NCBI GenBank assembly: GCA_963752475.1
Contig: CAVVYR010000029.1
Span: 128,001 to 192,000, forward strand
Direction of reading: 5' to 3'
DNA length: 64,000 nucleotides
From: an uncultured Chloroflexia bacterium
GTDB taxonomy: Bacteria; Chloroflexota; Limnocylindria; Limnocylindrales; CSP1-4
A model generated the notes under the pieces. The model did not search any database and had not been told where the DNA came from. It saw only the letters and a program-made list of their open reading frames with translations. Position numbers and translations under genes: made by a program. Positions 59,418 through 64,000 of this stretch are shown in pieces. Within the stretch, counting starts at the first letter, position 1, and each line of letters begins with the position of its first letter.

Positions 59418-61529
59418 GTGACGACGACCCCTGATACCGCACGCCCCGGAGCGGCCCGACGCAAGAGCCGCAAGCCCAGCTTCCCGTTCATCACGCGGGA
59501 GCTCAGCTGGCTGGACTTCAACGGGCGCGTCCTCTACCAGGCGGAGGACGAGGGCAACCCGCTGCTCGAGCGCGTGCGCTTCCTGTCCATCTTCGCCAGC
59601 AACCTCGACGAGTTCTTCCAGGTCCGAGTCTCGGGCCTGATGCAGCAGGTTGCGGCCGGCCATAGCCGGCCTACGCCGGACGGGCTATCGGCCAACCAGA
59701 AGCTGGACCGCATCCGCGGTCGCGTGCTGCAGCTCCAGGCCCAGCACTCCGACGTCTGGAACACGGTGCGCGAGGAGCTCTCCGAGGAGGGCATCCGCAT
59801 CATCGCGCCAGAGGAGTGGGCCCGCACCAACGAGCTGCGCGAGCGCTTCATCGACGAGATCTTCCCGGTGCTGACGCCGTTGGCCGTGGATCCCTCGCAC
59901 CCGTTCCCCTACATCAGCGATCTCTCGCTGTCGCTGGCCGTGACCGTGCGCGACCCATCGACCGGCGATCGCCGGTTCGCCCGGGTGAAGGTGCCCCCGG
60001 TCCTGCCCCGGCTGTGGGAGGTGGCGCCGCGGACCTACGTCCAGCTCGAGCGCATCATCGCGGCCAATATGGCCGTGCTCTTCCCGGGCATGGAGGTCGA
60101 ATCGCACTACCTCTTCCGGGTCACGCGCAACGCAGACCTCGATATCGAGGAGGACGAGGCGGACGACCTGCTGCTGGCCATGGAGGAGGAGCTCCGGCGC
60201 CGACGCTTCGGTGCGGTGGTGCGCTTGGAGGTCGAGCGCTCCATGCCCCACGACACGCGCACCCTGCTGCAGCGCGGCCTGGGCCTCGACTCAGCCAACG
60301 TCTACGAGATCCGGGGCATGCTCGACCTGCGCGGCCTGGGTACCATCGCGGACCTCGACATCCCCGAGCTGCAGCCCGAGCCGTGGAAGCCGGTGACCCC
60401 GCCGCGTCTGGCGCGGCGGGAGGAAGAGGATGAGGTCGGCGGCGTCGATGTCTTCGGTCGCATCCGCGAGGGCGACATCCTGCTCCACCATCCCTATGAG
60501 TCGTTCGCCAACTCGGTCCAGCGGCTGATCGCTCAGGCCGCCGACGATCCGGACGTGCTGACGATCAAGATGACGCTCTACCGCACCAGCGGTGACTCGC
60601 CCATCGTGCACTCGCTCATCCGGGCCGCTGAGAGCGGTAAACAGGTCGTGGTCCTGGTGGAGATCAAGGCCCGCTTCGACGAGCGCGCCAACATCGTCTG
60701 GGCCAAGGCCCTGGAGCGTGCCGGCGCCCACGTGGCCTATGGCCTGCTGGGCCTCAAGACGCACTCCAAGATCGCGCTCGTCATCCGCCGCGAGTCAGGT
60801 GGCTTGCGGCGGTATGCCCACATCGGCACCGGCAACTATCACCACAAGACGGCGCGCCTCTACACCGACCTCGGACTGCTCACCGCGGACCGCACCCTCA
60901 CCGGCGACGTGACCGACCTCTTCAACGTGCTCACCGGGGTGGCCAAGAAGGACGCCTACCGAGAGCTGGCGGTGGCGCCCAAGTCCATGCGCCCCCGCCT
61001 CGAGGAGCTCGTGGACGAGGAGATCGCACGGCACCGCGAGCAGGGCGACGGCCGCATCATCATCAAGTGCAACGCGTTCGTGGATCCGCCCATGATCCAG
61101 AAGATGTACGAGGCCAGCCAGGCCGGCGTGCCCATCGACCTCATCGTGCGCGGCATGTGTTCGCTGCAGCCGGGCGTGCCGGGCTTCAGCGAGTCGATCC
61201 AGGTGCGCTCGATCGTGGGTCGCTACCTGGAGCACTCTCGCATCTTCTGCTTCGGGCAGGGCGATCGTCAGCGCTACTACATCGGCTCAGCGGACATGAT
61301 GGAGCGCAACCTCGACCGACGCGTGGAAGCGATGACGCCGGTGAAGGACCCGGCGCTGGCCGAGCGCCTGAGCGAGATCCTGGCCATCATGCGGCGCGAC
61401 GACCGGAGAGCCTGGACGCTGGGCGCTGATGGCGAGTGGACGCGCGTCGCGAGCACCATCGACGGCGAACCCACGACCGATACCTTCGCGGCGCTCATGG
61501 CGGACGCCGCCGAGAGCGCGGCTTCGTGA
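59418..61529 (+). CDS. ppk1: Polyphosphate kinase 1
   Basis: RELSWLDFN, SNLDEFF, HHPYESF, KARFDE, KTHSK, GTGNY, RYLEHSR, SADMMERNLDRRVE. Confidence 0.97.
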   Translation: MTTTPDTARPGAARRKSRKPSFPFITRELSWLDFNGRVLYQAEDEGNPLLERVRFLSIFASNLDEFFQVRVSGLMQQVAAGHSRPTPDGLSANQKLDRIRGRVLQLQAQHSDVWNTVREELSEEGIRIIAPEEWARTNELRERFIDEIFPVLTPLAVDPSHPFPYISDLSLSLAVTVRDPSTGDRRFARVKVPPVLPRLWEVAPRTYVQLERIIAANMAVLFPGMEVESHYLFRVTRNADLDIEEDEADDLLLAMEEELRRRRFGAVVRLEVERSMPHDTRTLLQRGLGLDSANVYEIRGMLDLRGLGTIADLDIPELQPEPWKPVTPPRLARREEEDEVGGVDVFGRIREGDILLHHPYESFANSVQRLIAQAADDPDVLTIKMTLYRTSGDSPIVHSLIRAAESGKQVVVLVEIKARFDERANIVWAKALERAGAHVAYGLLGLKTHSKIALVIRRESGGLRRYAHIGTGNYHHKTARLYTDLGLLTADRTLTGDVTDLFNVLTGVAKKDAYRELAVAPKSMRPRLEELVDEEIARHREQGDGRIIIKCNAFVDPPMIQKMYEASQAGVPIDLIVRGMCSLQPGVPGFSESIQVRSIVGRYLEHSRIFCFGQGDRQRYYIGSADMMERNLDRRVEAMTPVKDPALAERLSEILAIMRRDDRRAWTLGADGEWTRVASTIDGEPTTDTFAALMADAAESAAS

Positions 61530-63232
61530 CCGGGACGCGCCGAGACGACGATCTGGCCGGCGGCGCCATACCGCCCCTCGTAGGACTGGGCAAGAAGGAA
61601 CCGCAGATCCCGCGCGAGGTCGAGCTCAAGTACCTCGTGCGCGATGTGGAGGCGCTACGAGCCTGGCTGGACAAGGGTTGGGGCGGAGCACTCGACGGGA
61701 TGGAGTTCGGCAACGAACGCACGGTCGAGGTCGAGGACCGCTACATCGACACCGCCTATGGCGCGCTCGGACAAGCCGGCTTCGGCGCCCGCCTGCGCCG
61801 CGAGGACAACGGGCCCTACACGGTCACGGTCAAATCCTCGTCGCACGAGCGCCCGGCCGACGAAGCCGGCGGCGAGAGGGAATCGAAGGCGCTCTCGCAG
61901 CGGGTGGAGGTAGAGGCACCGGCCAGCGAGCGGCTGGACCCGGACACCTGGCCGTCCAGTGCCGCCCGCGAACTCATCAACAAGGTCCGCGACGGCGCCC
62001 GCCTGCGGCTGCTCTTCACCATCAACCAGCGACGCGAGAAGAAGACGCTCGCGCTCGACGACGGGCCCGTACAGCTGGCGCTCGACCGCGTGGCGGTCTT
62101 CCGGGGTGGCCGGCCACTGGCCTCGTTCTCGGTGCTGGAGTTGGAGGTGAGCGGCGGCAGCGGCGCGGATCTGAACCGGCTGGCCGCTCTCGTCGAGGCC
62201 ACCGGCTACGTGCTGCCCGAGCCGCGCTCCAAGGAGGAGATCGCGCGTCATTACGTGGCCCAGGCCGCGGAGGATCGCAACCACAGGCTGCCCCCGGTGC
62301 CCACGTCGACGGGGGTCAAGGCCGACGACTCGCTGGGCTCGGCCGGCCGCAAGGTCCTGCGCCTGCACCTTGCGCGCATGCTCCACTTCGAGGCTGGCGC
62401 GCGCTCGGGTGACGATCCCGAGGACCTGCACAAGATGCGTGTGGCGACCCGCCGCTTGCGCGCGGCCTGGCGCGTATTCGACGGCGCCTACCGACCCAAG
62501 GTCCAGCGCCGCTATGTCAAGGAGCTGCGCTCCATCGCCCGAGTGCTCGGCGATGTGCGCGACATCGACGTCCTGCTCGAGGACCTCGACGGCTACATCA
62601 CCGATCTGCCGCGACCCGGTCGCGATGCCGTGGAGCCGTTGCGCGCCGCCTGGCGACGGCAGCGCGAGATCGCGCGCGGGCGCATGAACGCCAAGCTCGA
62701 CTCCAAGGCCTACCGCGACTTCGTGGATGACTGCCTCGAGTTCACCGAATCACCCGGCGCGGCCGAGATCCTGACGCCGCTGGGCCGACCCAGCCTCGTG
62801 CGCGACAACGCCGGCTCGCGCATCCTCGCGGCCTACGAGCGCATGCGTGCATACGACACGATCATCACCTGGGCGGACGTGGCCACCCTGCACGCCCTGC
62901 GCATCGAGGCCAAGCGCCTGCGCTACACGATGGAGTACTTCAGCGAGGTCATGCCGGTGACGTCGCGCAAGCTCATCGCGCAGGTCACGGAGCTGCAGGA
63001 CCACCTGGGTCTGATGAACGATGCCGACGTGGCGGCGTCGGCGACACGCGAGTGGCTCAACCTGCACGCGCCCCACCTGCCCTCGACGTCGCGAGAGGCG
63101 GTCGGGCTCTACCTCGACTCCCGCGAGGCCACGGTCGAGCAGCTGCGACGAAGCTTCCGGCCGGTGTGGAAGCGCATGACCGGCGTCACGTTCCGAAAGG
63201 CGCTGGGCCTCTCGATCACGCAGATCGGCTAG
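61526..63232 (+). CDS. CYTH + CHAD domain protein (polyP-binding)
   Basis: CYTH EVELKY...DRYIDT...RLRR...LELE; CHAD LHKMRVATRRLR, LGDVRDIDV, LHALRIEAKRLRY, LQDHLG. Confidence 0.92.
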   Translation: MTGTRRDDDLAGGAIPPLVGLGKKEPQIPREVELKYLVRDVEALRAWLDKGWGGALDGMEFGNERTVEVEDRYIDTAYGALGQAGFGARLRREDNGPYTVTVKSSSHERPADEAGGERESKALSQRVEVEAPASERLDPDTWPSSAARELINKVRDGARLRLLFTINQRREKKTLALDDGPVQLALDRVAVFRGGRPLASFSVLELEVSGGSGADLNRLAALVEATGYVLPEPRSKEEIARHYVAQAAEDRNHRLPPVPTSTGVKADDSLGSAGRKVLRLHLARMLHFEAGARSGDDPEDLHKMRVATRRLRAAWRVFDGAYRPKVQRRYVKELRSIARVLGDVRDIDVLLEDLDGYITDLPRPGRDAVEPLRAAWRRQREIARGRMNAKLDSKAYRDFVDDCLEFTESPGAAEILTPLGRPSLVRDNAGSRILAAYERMRAYDTIITWADVATLHALRIEAKRLRYTMEYFSEVMPVTSRKLIAQVTELQDHLGLMNDADVAASATREWLNLHAPHLPSTSREAVGLYLDSREATVEQLRRSFRPVWKRMTGVTFRKALGLSITQIG

Positions 63233-63264
63233 CGCGACCCGGCGGCGCGTCGGCCGCTGGGGAC

Positions 63265-63783
63265 CTATTCCGTCTTCGTGCGGGTGGACGTCTTCTTGTG
63301 CGTCGTGGCCGTGTCCGATTTCGATGCAGCCGCCGCTGGTCGCCGCGCTGTGGTCGGCTTCCTGGTACCCGCTGAGGCTGCGGCCTTCTTGGCTGCTGGT
63401 GGCTTGACCGTGGCCGCCGGCTTGCTGGCAACAGCGGGCGTCCTGGCTGCGGTCTTCCTGGCCGGTGCCTTGGCTCCCGCAGCATCGGACGTGGCCGGCT
63501 CGTCCGCCTTGCCCTTCGGATCCGCGGCGCCCTTGGCCTTGGAGTCGGAGGCCGTGTCCTTCTTCCCGGCGGCGTCCTTCCCGGCGGCGTCGGCCTTCTC
63601 GGCCTCGGCCAGCTGGGCGCGGATCTCGTCGGCGATGATCGAGAGCGCGTCGACACGTGCTTGTGCCCGGTCGCGCTTGGCGGCGGCCTTGCCCAGATCG
63701 GCCTGAGCTGCGCGCAGCTGCTTGCGCAAGGACTTGGGCTTGGGGGTGCGCTTGTCCTTGGCGCGGGCCTTCTTCTTGCCCAT
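63265..63783 (-). CDS. Histone H1/AlgP-like basic protein (coiled coil plus Lys/Ala/Pro-rich tail)
   Basis: AAAGGG SD-like motif; MGKKKARAK..., heptad segment LRKQLRAAQADLGKAAAKRDRAQARVDALS, tail with KPAA/KAAA/RPAA. Confidence 0.7.
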   Translation of the reverse strand: MGKKKARAKDKRTPKPKSLRKQLRAAQADLGKAAAKRDRAQARVDALSIIADEIRAQLAEAEKADAAGKDAAGKKDTASDSKAKGAADPKGKADEPATSDAAGAKAPARKTAARTPAVASKPAATVKPPAAKKAAASAGTRKPTTARRPAAAASKSDTATTHKKTSTRTKTE

Positions 63784-63853
63784 GGGTGTCCCTTTCACTC
63801 CCGCGTAGGCGGGTCGTCATTGTACGGACTCAGCGCCGGTCCTCGTATGCGCC

Positions 63854-63897
63854 GTTAACCAAGCGTTAACGAACGAGCAACCGGCTGTTCACGACGG
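63854..63897 (+). promoter_or_regulatory. PHO-box-like array of 11-bp direct repeats
   Basis: GTTAAC (63854), GTTAAC (63865), degenerate AGCAAC (63876) and GTTCAC (63887) at exact 11-bp phase. Confidence 0.6.
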
Positions 63898-63975
63898 GCC
63901 TCGAAGGTAGGCCCGTAGAAACAGAAGCCTGGGACGGCTCTACACCCAGGCAACCAGGAGGGAAGAGTTCCTGCC

Positions 63976-64000
63976 ATGCGCAACACCAAGCGCCTAGGCG
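63976..64000 (+). CDS. 5' end of a gene running off the window (basic N-terminus MRNTKRLG, possible signal peptide)
   Basis: AGGAGG-rich leader upstream; only 8 codons visible. Confidence 0.4.

Overview
High-GC bacterial chromosomal window with dense, mostly housekeeping and metabolic gene content. I saw no rRNA, tRNA, CRISPR array or mobile element. Gene content (cofCDE, AceE-type PDH, PpgK, many apparently leaderless genes) suggests Chloroflexota or an actinobacteria-like lineage; this is inference. The standout locus is a compact sugar-phosphate-utilisation (SPU-type) bacterial microcompartment operon (41.1-47.6 kb). It encodes a SorC/DeoR regulator with a visible promoter and paired operator, RpiB, DeoC and an acylating aldehyde dehydrogenase (each with an N-terminal encapsulation-peptide-like helix), plus 1 BMC-H, 2 BMC-T and 3 BMC-P shell genes. 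Other notable parts are: (i) an ECF sigma coupled to an Ogt-Ada fusion with inverted domain order; (ii) a degenerate ECF sigma coupled to an anti-sigma-like/PQQ-dehydrogenase fusion; (iii) a single-chain ETF(beta+alpha) plus ETF-QO operon preceded by a candidate leaderless Cys-rich leader peptide; (iv) a polyphosphate neighbourhood (ppx, ppk2, ppk1, CYTH-CHAD, an AlgP/histone-H1-like protein, a PHO-box-like array) surrounding an arcC-arcB-arcA arginine deiminase operon; and (v) an F420 biosynthesis/use cluster. All calls rest on motif recognition by eye; no searches were run. Many start codons were moved from the supplied ORF track using SD or -10 evidence.
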